Below are positions 45,648-55,006 of a stretch of DNA of 64,000 bases, piece by piece. The notes under the pieces were generated by a model. It did no database searches and had not been told where the DNA came from. It saw only the letters and a program-made list of their open reading frames with translations. The translations under genes were made by a program, and so were the position numbers. Numbering within the stretch: the first letter of the stretch is position 1; every line of letters starts with the position of its first letter. The stretch comes from an uncultured Candidatus Saccharibacteria bacterium (GTDB taxonomy: Bacteria; Patescibacteriota; Minisyncoccia; Phycocordibacterales; Zambryskibacteraceae): assembly GCA_964349945.1 (NCBI GenBank), contig CAYGIH010000002.1:46937-110936 (forward strand). Direction: 5' to 3'.

Positions 45648-47603
45648 TTAATCAAATGATATATCAAGAAGTGGTTTTCTGCGCCACCCTTCGTCTGATT
45701 CAAATAATTCTTCTTCGATTAAATCTTCTGGGATGTCTAAAATAAATTCTGAAGGAATATTCACTTGTCTTTGGCCAAAAATCATTCGCATCTGAGCATA
45801 AGAAAGATAAATTTTTTTCTTTGCTCTAGTGAGAGCCACATAGAATAATCTCCTCTCTTCTTCTGCCTCGCTTGGGGTAATATCGGATTCATTTATCTTT
45901 TGGTGTGGGAAGAGTCCATCTTCAAGTCCAGAGATAAAAACCACCTCGAATTCAAGTCCTTTAGAAGCGTGAACGGTCATTAGTCTCACTGCGCTTATGT
46001 CTTCTTTCATCTCATCTTGATCACTCTGGAGAGCAGAATCTTCTAGGAGTTCCTCGATGCCTTTTAGTGGCTCTAATCCATCATATTTTTCTGCGAATGA
46101 GGCCAATTCATAAGCATTTTCCAACCTCTCAAGGTCTTCATTTTTACCATGTTTCCACTCAAGTTCTAAGCCAGAATGTTTCAAAATAAATTGAATAGTT
46201 TGGCTTGGAGTTTTTGTTTCCATTGTTTTCTTAATCTCATCGAGGAGATTATAAAAATTAGCAATTTTTGTTTTGGTTGCGCTGGGCAAATCTTCCTCTC
46301 CACCGGTAAAAATTTTGGCTATTGTTGTCTTCCCTATGCCCCTGGTTGGGACATTTATGATGCGTTTTATATCTGCGAGTGAGTCTCTGTTTAATGATGC
46401 CTTGAGATAAGAAAGCACATCCTTAATTTCTTTTCTCTCAAAGAATCTTGTGCCCAAAAGTTGATATGGTATGCGGTGACGCATGAAGGCTTCTTCCAAA
46501 ACTCTTGATTGAAAGTTGGCTCTATAGAGTACCGCGATTTCTTCTGGTTTTGTTTTATCTTTAATAAGACTCTCAACTTTTGAAGCAATGAATTCTGCTT
46601 CACTGGTTTCATCGAAACCTTGGAAGACCCCAAGTTTCTTCCCTGCGGAGTTTGAGGTGAATAAAGTTTTTTTTCTACGAACAATATTTTTTTCTATAAT
46701 TGAATTGGCTGCATCAAGGATGTTTTTTGTTGAACGATAATTCTCTTCAAGTAAAATTATCTTGGCATCCGGATAATCCTTTTCAAAATCTAAAATATTT
46801 TTTATGTCTGCTCCGCGCCAAGAATAAATATTTTGGTCTATATCCCCCACTACACAAATGTTTCTCTTTGGGCCAACGAGCATTTGAGAAATCTCATACT
46901 GCACTCCATTTGTATCTTGATACTCATCAATATGAATATAATCCCAGATTTTTTGGTAGTAATGCCTAACATCCAAATCGTTTTTTAATATCCAAGCGGT
47001 TTTTAAAAGTAAATCATCAAAATCAAGCGCTCCATCTCGCTTTAAAATATTTTCATACTCTCTCCATACCACATCCACAATTTCTGAAAAGGAACTCCGT
47101 TCTATTCTGTTTGAAAACTCTCCACTGTTTTGTCCTCGACTCTTTTCCCTTGAAATCATACTTAAGATTTTTCCTGCATCATGTGTTTTGGGGTCTAGGC
47201 CGTTTTTCTCCAATGCTTCCTTAACTGCTTTTTTTGAATCATCTCTATCAAAGATGGTGAAATGCCTTTTTAGCCCAAGTTTGGAGGATTGTTCCTTGAT
47301 GATATGAACTCCAAGTGAGTGAAAGGTGGAAATAAAAGGCCTTTCGTTGCTTGATACGGGTCTGTTTATGTCTTTGTCCTCACTAAGCATCACCCCAACC
47401 CTTTCTCTCATTTCTTTGGCAGCTTTGTTAGTAAAGGTGATAGCCAAAATTGAAGATGGGGCGGTACCCGTCTTTATTAGATGCCTAATCCTTTCGGCTA
47501 TTGTTTTGGTTTTTCCCGCTCCGGCTCCAGCAAGGATAAGAAGGGGTCCTTCGGAGGTTAAAACTGCTTTTTTTTGCTCTGGATTTAGGGTTTCAAAGGC
47601 CAT
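45648..47603 (-). CDS. pcrA: ATP-dependent DNA helicase PcrA/UvrD
   Basis: LNPEQKKAV...AGAGAGKT motif I and other SF1 motifs. Confidence 0.85.
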   Translation of the reverse strand: MAFETLNPEQKKAVLTSEGPLLILAGAGAGKTKTIAERIRHLIKTGTAPSSILAITFTNKAAKEMRERVGVMLSEDKDINRPVSSNERPFISTFHSLGVHIIKEQSSKLGLKRHFTIFDRDDSKKAVKEALEKNGLDPKTHDAGKILSMISREKSRGQNSGEFSNRIERSSFSEIVDVVWREYENILKRDGALDFDDLLLKTAWILKNDLDVRHYYQKIWDYIHIDEYQDTNGVQYEISQMLVGPKRNICVVGDIDQNIYSWRGADIKNILDFEKDYPDAKIILLEENYRSTKNILDAANSIIEKNIVRRKKTLFTSNSAGKKLGVFQGFDETSEAEFIASKVESLIKDKTKPEEIAVLYRANFQSRVLEEAFMRHRIPYQLLGTRFFERKEIKDVLSYLKASLNRDSLADIKRIINVPTRGIGKTTIAKIFTGGEEDLPSATKTKIANFYNLLDEIKKTMETKTPSQTIQFILKHSGLELEWKHGKNEDLERLENAYELASFAEKYDGLEPLKGIEELLEDSALQSDQDEMKEDISAVRLMTVHASKGLEFEVVFISGLEDGLFPHQKINESDITPSEAEEERRLFYVALTRAKKKIYLSYAQMRMIFGQRQVNIPSEFILDIPEDLIEEELFESDEGWRRKPLLDISFD

Positions 47604-47859
47604 TTGGACACTATAGCATATTGACCTTGTGCGTTGTCCTAACCCATTTTTTGTAGTAAAATGGTCGGGTTGGTCATTCAGGACTTCCTGGCCACTTTTC
47701 AGAAATTCAGGCCAATATTAAACAGTTTAACCAAAGAGTATAAAAAACAGTTATAATCCAAAAAAGGGCTATAAACAAGGCTTTTTTGGAAAAATTAATT
47801 CATCCAATACCTTCTTTCTCCGTCGAGCATTAATCATCGGAGCTGTTTTTGTCATAGGA

Positions 47860-48789
47860 GTGCCCGCGTTTGTGAATGCTCGTTCTCAAGGTATAAAGTT
47901 TTCAAGGACTCCCACAATAATAGAAGCCAAGAATTCTCAAAATATGGCTCTACTTGAAGGCCATTTTGGCACTACTCCGATATCCACAGCTACTCCACAT
48001 TTGGCTATTGTTGATAATAATGCACTTGCTCCAGAATCTGACCAGGGAGTAATCTTCGCTGACGCCGGTAAGGCGGGGGGCGGACAAATCTCTGTTTATA
48101 TCGTTCATAAGGGGGATACTCTTCCTGCGATAGCCAAAATGTTCGGTGTTTCTACTAACACAATCGCGTGGGCTAATGATATAAAAGGGGGCAAGATTTC
48201 AGAAGGACAAGAGCTCGTTATACTCCCTATTTCTGGAGTGAAGCATACGGTTAAAAAGGGCGATACACTCAAATCTATTGCTCTAAAATATAAGGCAGAT
48301 GTAAATGATATTTTGGCTTTCAATGATGTTTTAATAAATTCCAAACTTAATGTTGGTGATGTGATTATAGTCCCAGATGGAGAGGTCACTTTGGGGGTAA
48401 GCTCGTCTCCATCGAAAAGTGCTCAATTTAATAATCTTCCAACCTTTGCTGGATACTATATGAGGCCGATTAATGGAGGAAGGAGAAGTCAGGGTATGCA
48501 TGGACACAACGGTGTAGACCTCGCGGATCGATATGGATCACCTATTTATGCAGCTGCAGACGGTGTGGTTATTATCTCAAGGACTGGTTGGAATGGTGGT
48601 TATGGTACTTATGTGGTTATTAGTCATCCAAATGGTACTCAAACACTCTATGCTCATATGAGTAAACTTTTGGTTTCTTCTGGTCAGAGTGTGAAGCAGG
48701 GCGAACAAATAGGAAATATGGGTAGTACAGGTAAATCTACAGGCAACCACCTACACTTCGAGGTCCGTGGAGCTAAAAACCCTTTCTAA
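47860..48789 (+). CDS. LysM-domain M23 metallopeptidase (peptidoglycan endopeptidase)
   Basis: Two LysM repeats and M23 HxxxD/HxH motifs (HNGVDLA, HLHFEV). The start is a GTG; an in-frame upstream TTG at 47785 would add a TM or signal segment. Confidence 0.8.
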   Translation: MPAFVNARSQGIKFSRTPTIIEAKNSQNMALLEGHFGTTPISTATPHLAIVDNNALAPESDQGVIFADAGKAGGGQISVYIVHKGDTLPAIAKMFGVSTNTIAWANDIKGGKISEGQELVILPISGVKHTVKKGDTLKSIALKYKADVNDILAFNDVLINSKLNVGDVIIVPDGEVTLGVSSSPSKSAQFNNLPTFAGYYMRPINGGRRSQGMHGHNGVDLADRYGSPIYAAADGVVIISRTGWNGGYGTYVVISHPNGTQTLYAHMSKLLVSSGQSVKQGEQIGNMGSTGKSTGNHLHFEVRGAKNPF

Positions 48790-48892
48790 TATTAAATTAA
48801 AATATAGTTTTCTTTGCACGATAATTTCTTGCTAGAAATTTCTCTACTCAAGCCAAGCTTTCCGTAAGGCACAAAAACTATATTTTAATTTT

Positions 48893-50431
48893 TTAAACGT
48901 CGAATTTTTTTGGTCTGTATTCAACTGCTTCAAGGATGTGGTCACGAGTAATTTCTTTGGAGTTATCCAAATCCGCAATGGTGCGAGCGACCTTAAGCAT
49001 TCGGTGATACACACGAGGAGAAAACCCTAATCTATCTGCAGCTAAATTTAAAGCAGACTTCGCATCTGGTTCAAGAGCAATAAAATTCACCAAATCCCTC
49101 GCACTCATTTCAGAATTTTTTAGTAAATGAGTTTTGTGGATTTTATTTGATTCACTGAATCTAGCCCGTTGAACATTCCTTGCATCAGTCACTTTGTTTT
49201 TAAAGAATTCACTCTTTGCACCTTCGTCATTTCCAGAAAGTTGTTCAGAACTTATTCTGTCTACTTCGAGCCATATATCAATACGATCAATAATAGGACC
49301 ACTCATTTTTCTTCTATATCTTTGGAGTGATGTGGGTGTACAAATACAAGGTTTACCTCTAAATCCATAATTACCACAAGGACAAGGATTCATCGCAGCT
49401 ATTAAAATCACATTGGCTGGGAAGTTGGCTGTGCCCTTGGCCCGAGCTACAGAAATAACTTTGTCTTCTAAAGGCTGGCGTAAACTCTCGACAACTCTGC
49501 GTTCAAATTCTGGGAACTCGTCCATGAACAAGACCCCTCTGTGGGCGAGAGTTATTTCTCCAGGTTTTGGTGTGGCTCCTCCACCAACAAGTGAGACATA
49601 AGATGAAGTGTGGTGTGGGGCACGAAACGGTGGTTCAGTTATAAAATTAGTAAGAGTGCCAGCCACAGAATGAATACTGGTGGCCTCGAGCGCCTCATCA
49701 AAAGAAAGTGAAGGCAAGATGCCTGAGAATGCCTTCGCGAGCATTGACTTACCCGTCCCCGGAGGTCCATACATAGCCACATTGTGACCACCAGCAGCTG
49801 CGATGAGTAGACCTCTCTTAGCCCTCTCCTGGCCCTTTATGTCAGAAAAATCTATGGTTGAGACTTTGATTTCTTTTTTAAATTCAGTTGTAGGATTTTT
49901 AATTAAAAGTTTTTCTCCAGATAAATGTGAGATGAGTGACTTTAAAGAATCAACTCCATAAACATCTATCCCGGAGATAATAGCAGCTTCTTCTGCGTTT
50001 TCTTTAGGCACATAAATTTCTTTTATACCTTTTAGTTTACAAAATTGAGTAATGGGTAAAATTCCTCGAATAGGACGAAGAGAACCATCCAAGGATAATT
50101 CTCCAAGGAAAATTTTTTTCTCTGGGTCAAAATCTATTTCTTCTGCAGAAAGTAGATAGGATAGAGCGATAGACACATCAAATGATGGCCCCTCTTTCTT
50201 TTCTGATGCTGGAGCAAGAGAAATTATTACTTTTTGATTTTTTGATTTTGGAGAGCCGAGACCGGTATTTTTTATTGCTGCACTAACTCTGTCTCTTGAT
50301 TCCTCAACTGCTTTGTCTGGGAGTCCGACAATGTTGAAAGCATAAAGTCCACGAGAAATATCTGTCTCTACAGAAACTATTCCTACTGATAACCCCAAAG
50401 TTTGAGCGCTGTAGACCTTGGAGAAGCTCAT
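48893..50431 (-). CDS. comM: YifB/ComM-family Mg-chelatase-like AAA+ ATPase
   Basis: Lon-like N-domain, Walker A GPPGTGKS and a C-terminal MgCh domain. Confidence 0.8.
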   Translation of the reverse strand: MSFSKVYSAQTLGLSVGIVSVETDISRGLYAFNIVGLPDKAVEESRDRVSAAIKNTGLGSPKSKNQKVIISLAPASEKKEGPSFDVSIALSYLLSAEEIDFDPEKKIFLGELSLDGSLRPIRGILPITQFCKLKGIKEIYVPKENAEEAAIISGIDVYGVDSLKSLISHLSGEKLLIKNPTTEFKKEIKVSTIDFSDIKGQERAKRGLLIAAAGGHNVAMYGPPGTGKSMLAKAFSGILPSLSFDEALEATSIHSVAGTLTNFITEPPFRAPHHTSSYVSLVGGGATPKPGEITLAHRGVLFMDEFPEFERRVVESLRQPLEDKVISVARAKGTANFPANVILIAAMNPCPCGNYGFRGKPCICTPTSLQRYRRKMSGPIIDRIDIWLEVDRISSEQLSGNDEGAKSEFFKNKVTDARNVQRARFSESNKIHKTHLLKNSEMSARDLVNFIALEPDAKSALNLAADRLGFSPRVYHRMLKVARTIADLDNSKEITRDHILEAVEYRPKKFDV

Positions 50432-50440
50432 AAAGGATCC

Positions 50441-50800
50441 TTAGTTCATATGCTCTCTACAGGTACGAGCAGCAGGATTTGCAGAAAGTCTTTCTTCATC
50501 TATCATTTCTCCACAAACTTCACAAAGACCATAGTTATCTGATTCAATTTTTTCTAAGGCCAGTTTAACATCCCTGTATCTTGGTTCGAGTCTGTTCACT
50601 ATGGCATTATTGTCTTCATACTCAGAAATGTTATCAGCCTGATCGTTTTCATCTGGTTCGATTCCTCCATCCTTCTCCGGTACAGCTTCCCAGTCTTCTA
50701 GATTATCTGGATTTTTCCTTGCAACATTAGCAAGCTCTTTTTCTAAAGCTAATTTCTCTTCTTCAAGTTTGGTTTTTATTTGTTTAGTATCTATTGTCAT
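50441..50800 (-). CDS. DksA/TraR-family C4 zinc-finger protein
   Basis: Coiled-coil N-terminus and a C-terminal CEVCGEMI...CREH motif. Confidence 0.6.
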   Translation of the reverse strand: MTIDTKQIKTKLEEEKLALEKELANVARKNPDNLEDWEAVPEKDGGIEPDENDQADNISEYEDNNAIVNRLEPRYRDVKLALEKIESDNYGLCEVCGEMIDEERLSANPAARTCREHMN

Positions 50801-50831
50801 ACGACCATTCTATCAAACCAAAAAAATAGTG

Positions 50832-51767
50832 CTAGCGAGAAAGTTTTTCTGAATCAAGTCTATCCAAAATGATTTTTAAGGTGTTTTCGTTATCTGTGAT
50901 AATAAGCATATTGTTGTCATAAAAGGTATAAATGAGAACTGTTTGACCGGTTGAATTTTTTAGAATCCTCACATCTTTGTTTCTTATGATAAGGTCACCA
51001 AAGGTTGTTTGAGAAGGGACATTCTGGCTTACATCAAGAGGAACAAATAAAGGCAAAATGTCATCTGCCAAATCCATTTCCCATTTAAGCATGCCAGCGA
51101 AAGCTAGATCAAATGAGTCTAGTTTTATGAGAATAAAAGTATGCTTAGGGTTCATGTCAATCAATCCAAACATAAACAATGGATCGAAGGCCCGCACCAA
51201 GCTCCCCGGAGCACGGCTTCTGATTAGATTTAGAAAATCAGCAGTAGTGATTATTTCTGTAGTGGAACCAGAATTTTTTTCTAATTGAATTTGTTTAACT
51301 CCAGAACCAGTCATCGGAAGCCATTCGGATTGAATTTTTTGGATGAAGGAATCTCTGTTTAAAGTTAAAACATTTAATTTTTCATATTCTTCAGTAATAA
51401 GAAATCTGTTTGGAACAACTTGTGGTGAAGGGAGAGATGTTTTTGCCTTGTATGCTTTATATGCAAATAATGCTCCAGTAGTACCAAAACCAAAAAGCAC
51501 AATAATCCCTATTAAAAGCATGATGGTTTTTTTTCTTGATTCCCTTTCTGCTTTTTCTTCTGGAGAAAGAGTGATGCCTAGAGCTATATCTTCTGCATTT
51601 TTTTGTTCTTGGGCACGTTGAATAGAAATGAGTGTTTCATTTTGTTCTTCAATAGCCGAGGCTACATCTCCTTGAAAAGTACGAATTTGTTTAAGGAAGG
51701 TGTCCTCTGTTGTATTCTTATTTACTTCGTGCACATTTAAATCTGGCTGTTTTTCTACTGGCTCCAT
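50832..51767 (-). CDS. Hypothetical membrane-anchored protein
   Basis: Single TM helix after a ~90-aa cytoplasmic region. Confidence 0.3.
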   Translation of the reverse strand: MEPVEKQPDLNVHEVNKNTTEDTFLKQIRTFQGDVASAIEEQNETLISIQRAQEQKNAEDIALGITLSPEEKAERESRKKTIMLLIGIIVLFGFGTTGALFAYKAYKAKTSLPSPQVVPNRFLITEEYEKLNVLTLNRDSFIQKIQSEWLPMTGSGVKQIQLEKNSGSTTEIITTADFLNLIRSRAPGSLVRAFDPLFMFGLIDMNPKHTFILIKLDSFDLAFAGMLKWEMDLADDILPLFVPLDVSQNVPSQTTFGDLIIRNKDVRILKNSTGQTVLIYTFYDNNMLIITDNENTLKIILDRLDSEKLSR

Positions 51768-51781
51768 AAGTCTATTCTATC

Positions 51782-52324
51782 TTATCTTTGGTTTTTCCCA
51801 CGAGGTTTTCCTTCATTTGAATTTATTAGAAACTTTTTTGGATCTTTGTCTAAATCTAAGAAATCATCACATGCTTCTATGAGCTTTGATGAAGAAGATT
51901 TACCGAATGAAACCACTTCTACTTGAGTGCCGTGAGTGTTTTGTAAATACTCTATGAGTGAAACAAAATCTCCATCACCAGAACAGATGATGATTGTGTC
52001 GAGTCGAGGCGCGAGTTTGACTGCGTCTATGGCTAGGTCGATGTCCCAATTAGCCTTCTTGGCTCCGCCGATGAAAACTTGTAGAGGTTTGGTACGGGTT
52101 TCAATACCGACCTTAGAAAGAGCGTCAAAAAAACTTCCTTCATCTCCTGATTCAGTGGTGGCTACATAAGCAATAGCTCGCACGAGCACCCGTCCATCCA
52201 AGGCTTCTTTGAGTATGGCTCCAAAATTTGCTTTCGCATGATAAAGATTCTTCGCACTATGATAAAGGTTCTGTGTGTCTATGAATACGCCGACACGCTG
52301 AGCTTTGTGTTTTATTACTGACAT
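51782..52324 (-). CDS. NYN/LabA-like (PIN-fold) domain protein
   Basis: VGVFIDTQNLYHS...IICSGDGDF pattern. Confidence 0.65.
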   Translation of the reverse strand: MSVIKHKAQRVGVFIDTQNLYHSAKNLYHAKANFGAILKEALDGRVLVRAIAYVATTESGDEGSFFDALSKVGIETRTKPLQVFIGGAKKANWDIDLAIDAVKLAPRLDTIIICSGDGDFVSLIEYLQNTHGTQVEVVSFGKSSSSKLIEACDDFLDLDKDPKKFLINSNEGKPRGKNQR

Positions 52325-52390
52325 GAAAAATAACTTAGTAAACTATTATTAAAAATTCTGATTTCAAACACCCACTACTATAATAGTATC

Positions 52391-52657
52391 CTACTTCTTC
52401 AAACCGAGTTTCTTTTGAAGTGCGAGAGCGGCCTTTGGAGATTTTTTCTCTAGGTATTTCATATGAGCCTGGCGGTCAGCCACCATTGCGAGCAAACCTC
52501 GTCTTGAGTGGTTATCCTTGGCATTTTTCTTCAAATGAGCTGCAAGCTCCTCAATTCTCTTCGAAAGTATGGAAATTTGTACCGCAGCAGAGCCCGTATC
52601 CTTGTCGTGGATCTGAGCTTCTTTGATAGCTTTGGACTTTTTGGTCTTTGAAATCAT
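52391..52657 (-). CDS. rpsO: 30S ribosomal protein S15
   Basis: HSRRGLLAMV and the rest match uS15. Confidence 0.9.
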   Translation of the reverse strand: MISKTKKSKAIKEAQIHDKDTGSAAVQISILSKRIEELAAHLKKNAKDNHSRRGLLAMVADRQAHMKYLEKKSPKAALALQKKLGLKK

Positions 52658-52709
52658 CTAAAAACAATAGCATATAAGCCAATATTAAGCAAGTAAGCCG
52701 TTTTAGATA

Positions 52710-52735
52710 TAAAAAAGCCCGGTTTTACCCGGGCT
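52710..52735 (-). terminator. Intrinsic terminator after the DGQHR gene
   Basis: AGCCCGG ttttac CCGGGCT followed by a U-run on the minus strand. Confidence 0.65.
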
Positions 52736-52747
52736 GAAGGACAGACC

Positions 52748-53830
52748 TTATTCGGTCGGCTCTTCCGACTCATCCATGGACACAGCATCACCACGGCGAG
52801 AACGGATCCTCTTGGTCCGCTTGCCACTGTTGATGTGGTCACGCATGAGGATGTAGAGCATGTCAGCAGCCTTACCGTTGCCGGTGGCCAGACTGACGAT
52901 CTGCGGGTCGTTGATCGGGAAGAGAGAAATCTTGCGACGAAGCGACGCTTCGACGGTCAAGACCTTCTCATCCGACTCACGCCAGAAATCGTAATGATCC
53001 GACATGAGACGAGCGAGCACGTTCAGAAAGGTGCTCTTCACGTAGATGGCACCTTCACGATACTGGATGCGCTTGATTCCCCAGCACTCATCAACGAGCT
53101 GGAAAAAGGTCTTGGTATTCGATCGAAGGATCTGAACACCGAAGACATCAACCGCCTTATCGAGAGCAGGCACCAGTTCGTCAACGGAAGTCCGTCGCGC
53201 TGGAGCCTTGTGCGAATGCAGGTGACCAACCACCTTGAGCATGGTGAGAGCGGAGATGAGCTCCCCGCGGGTCATCCGCTGATTCCACGAGACACGGTCA
53301 TTCAGCGGGAAGCCCTTGTCGCTCGTCGAGAGCGAATAGAGGGTTGCCACTGAAGAACTGTCCTCTCGCCTGTTGCGCAGAATCACATTCGGCGACACCT
53401 TGTTGCGCAAGGTGTTCAAGATGCGGAAACGCTCCCGTTCCCACTCCTTGGTTGTGCCGAAGTGAATAGTCGCACCGAGTCGCACCTGCGCAGCTGAGTT
53501 CTGGGCCAGGAAGTGGATCGCACCATTGACGCGCTGAAGGCCGTCGATGATGTAAACCTCGTCCTTGAGCAGAGCCGTACCTTCCCTTTCGGAAAAGTTC
53601 TCACCGCGCATGCCGAGTTCGATGTCAGGAAGAGTTTCCCCTCCCTTGAGGGCTCCCAGAATGCTACTGAGAGCAGTGATCGGCGCAGCCTCACGCTGGT
53701 AGTCGTCGATCTTCAGGTGGACCAGACTATTCTGGTCGACCACACCACGCAGGACGATTTCCCCCTTTGGGGTTTCGTCGAGAGCGCAGTGGATGATGCG
53801 GATAGGCGCATCAGCCTTACGTGCGTTCAT
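52748..53830 (-). CDS. DGQHR/ParB-like-nuclease-fold protein (DndB/DUF262-related), GC-rich
   Basis: The motif YIIDGLQRVNGAIHFL matches the DGQ(H/Q)R signature of DndB/DUF262 ParB-fold proteins. The start was set at MNARKA, which follows a GGAG RBS. The CDS is strongly GC-rich. Confidence 0.55.
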   Translation of the reverse strand: MNARKADAPIRIIHCALDETPKGEIVLRGVVDQNSLVHLKIDDYQREAAPITALSSILGALKGGETLPDIELGMRGENFSEREGTALLKDEVYIIDGLQRVNGAIHFLAQNSAAQVRLGATIHFGTTKEWERERFRILNTLRNKVSPNVILRNRREDSSSVATLYSLSTSDKGFPLNDRVSWNQRMTRGELISALTMLKVVGHLHSHKAPARRTSVDELVPALDKAVDVFGVQILRSNTKTFFQLVDECWGIKRIQYREGAIYVKSTFLNVLARLMSDHYDFWRESDEKVLTVEASLRRKISLFPINDPQIVSLATGNGKAADMLYILMRDHINSGKRTKRIRSRRGDAVSMDESEEPTE

Positions 53831-53930
53831 TGCCCATCTCCATGTAATTGGGCTGTGAAAGAGCATCTCGGAGCAGTAGACTCAAAATGGTCTCTTATGT
53901 CCGAGGATTCGTCAACCGACGAAATCAAGA

Positions 53931-53962
53931 CGATTTTTACATATTTGTAGAGGGTTTGTCAA
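53931..53962 (-). promoter_or_regulatory. Sigma70-like promoter (TTGACA, ~17-nt spacer, TAAAAA/AAAAAT) for the DGQHR gene
   Basis: The reverse complement reads TTGACAaaccctctacaaatatgTAAAAAtcg. Confidence 0.4.
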
Positions 53963-53977
53963 TTATAAAATTAAGCA

Positions 53978-54019
53978 AAAGAAAACCGCGTTGCAGAGAA
54001 GGTTCTCTCTGCAACGCGG
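53978..54019 (-). terminator. Intrinsic terminator after the Pro-rich membrane protein gene
   Basis: Perfect 14-bp stem CCGCGTTGCAGAGA/TCTCTGCAACGCGG followed by a U-run. Confidence 0.65.
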
Positions 54020-54044
54020 GTACTAAGGTGCTTTGATTCTGGTG

Positions 54045-54848
54045 TTACGAACGCGCCGGCGGTGGCAACACGATGCGAGTGCCGTCCTCGTAGAAGAGAA
54101 CGACCTCATGCCGAACTGGCATAACGATCGACGGAGCCGGTGCCGGGGTCGGGGCAGGAACCGGAACGACAGGAGCCGGCGGAGCGACCACTGGGGTCGG
54201 CGTCGCGGGCACAGGCGTCGGTGCCGGAGCAACCGGAGCGGGTGCTGGCGTCTTGGGCGGAGTGTTCCGTCCGTTCAACCAGTTCCACAACTCACTCAGG
54301 AACCAGAAGATGACCGCGAGGAGCAGACCCAGGAAGAGAATGCTCAGCAGGAACTTGAAGAGGTCCCAAAGCCAGTTGGCGGCCCGTTCGAACCAGCCCC
54401 CATTCTGCTTTGCGAGCGTCTTGTTCACCGCCGTGTAGAGCTCCTTGTTCTGCTCCTTCATGGTGGCGACTTGCCGTTCGAGGTCCGCGAGCATCTCGCG
54501 ACATTTCGGGCACTCGCTCGCCTTCACGATGCGGTTGGTGCAATCCGCTTTGTAGCGGAGCGTACCATCCTGGTCGGCCCACACGATCGTGCCGCGCACG
54601 AGCGTCTCGAGGACGAAACGATTCGTGTTGTTGAAGTAGTTGAGCACCGTGACGGTGTCAGCGAGCTCAACGGCGTGCAGACCGAGCTTGGCCTGCATGG
54701 CCGGGGTCATCTCGCCCTGCTTCATGATCGGGTACTTGTTCAGCTCGGCCTCGGCCGGCGCTGCGTACGTTCCCCGCTGAGCCAGAGCGTTAGACGCTCC
54801 ACCGAAGGTGAGGACGACGATGAACATGGACAGCAAATACTTGCGCAT
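54045..54848 (-). CDS. GC-rich signal-peptide protein with an extracytoplasmic domain, a single TM helix and a Pro/Ala/Val/Thr-rich C-terminal tail
   Basis: MRKYLLSMFIVVLTFGGASNALA signal peptide, TM FKFLLSILFLGLLLAVIFWFL, and a PAPAPVAPAPTPVPATPTPVVAPPAPVV tail. Confidence 0.5.
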   Translation of the reverse strand: MRKYLLSMFIVVLTFGGASNALAQRGTYAAPAEAELNKYPIMKQGEMTPAMQAKLGLHAVELADTVTVLNYFNNTNRFVLETLVRGTIVWADQDGTLRYKADCTNRIVKASECPKCREMLADLERQVATMKEQNKELYTAVNKTLAKQNGGWFERAANWLWDLFKFLLSILFLGLLLAVIFWFLSELWNWLNGRNTPPKTPAPAPVAPAPTPVPATPTPVVAPPAPVVPVPAPTPAPAPSIVMPVRHEVVLFYEDGTRIVLPPPARS

Positions 54849-55006
54849 TTGTAGCTCCGTGGTGTGTGGTCTCTGAGTTGCGAACGATTCGCAACCAATG
54901 AATCAAAGTAAAGGTTCTTCGCACTATCTTTTTTAATATTAGCATATTCAAACCTATTTGTCAATAGAGCAAATAAAGCCTATAAATATGAGTAAATGTT
55001 ATAATA

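Noticed and set aside
54033-54964. 273-aa plus-strand ORF and several 60-100-aa ORFs overlapping the Pro-rich membrane protein gene
   Set aside because: These are mirror-frame artefacts of GC-rich sequence. The minus-strand gene has a signal peptide, a TM helix, a promoter and a terminator.
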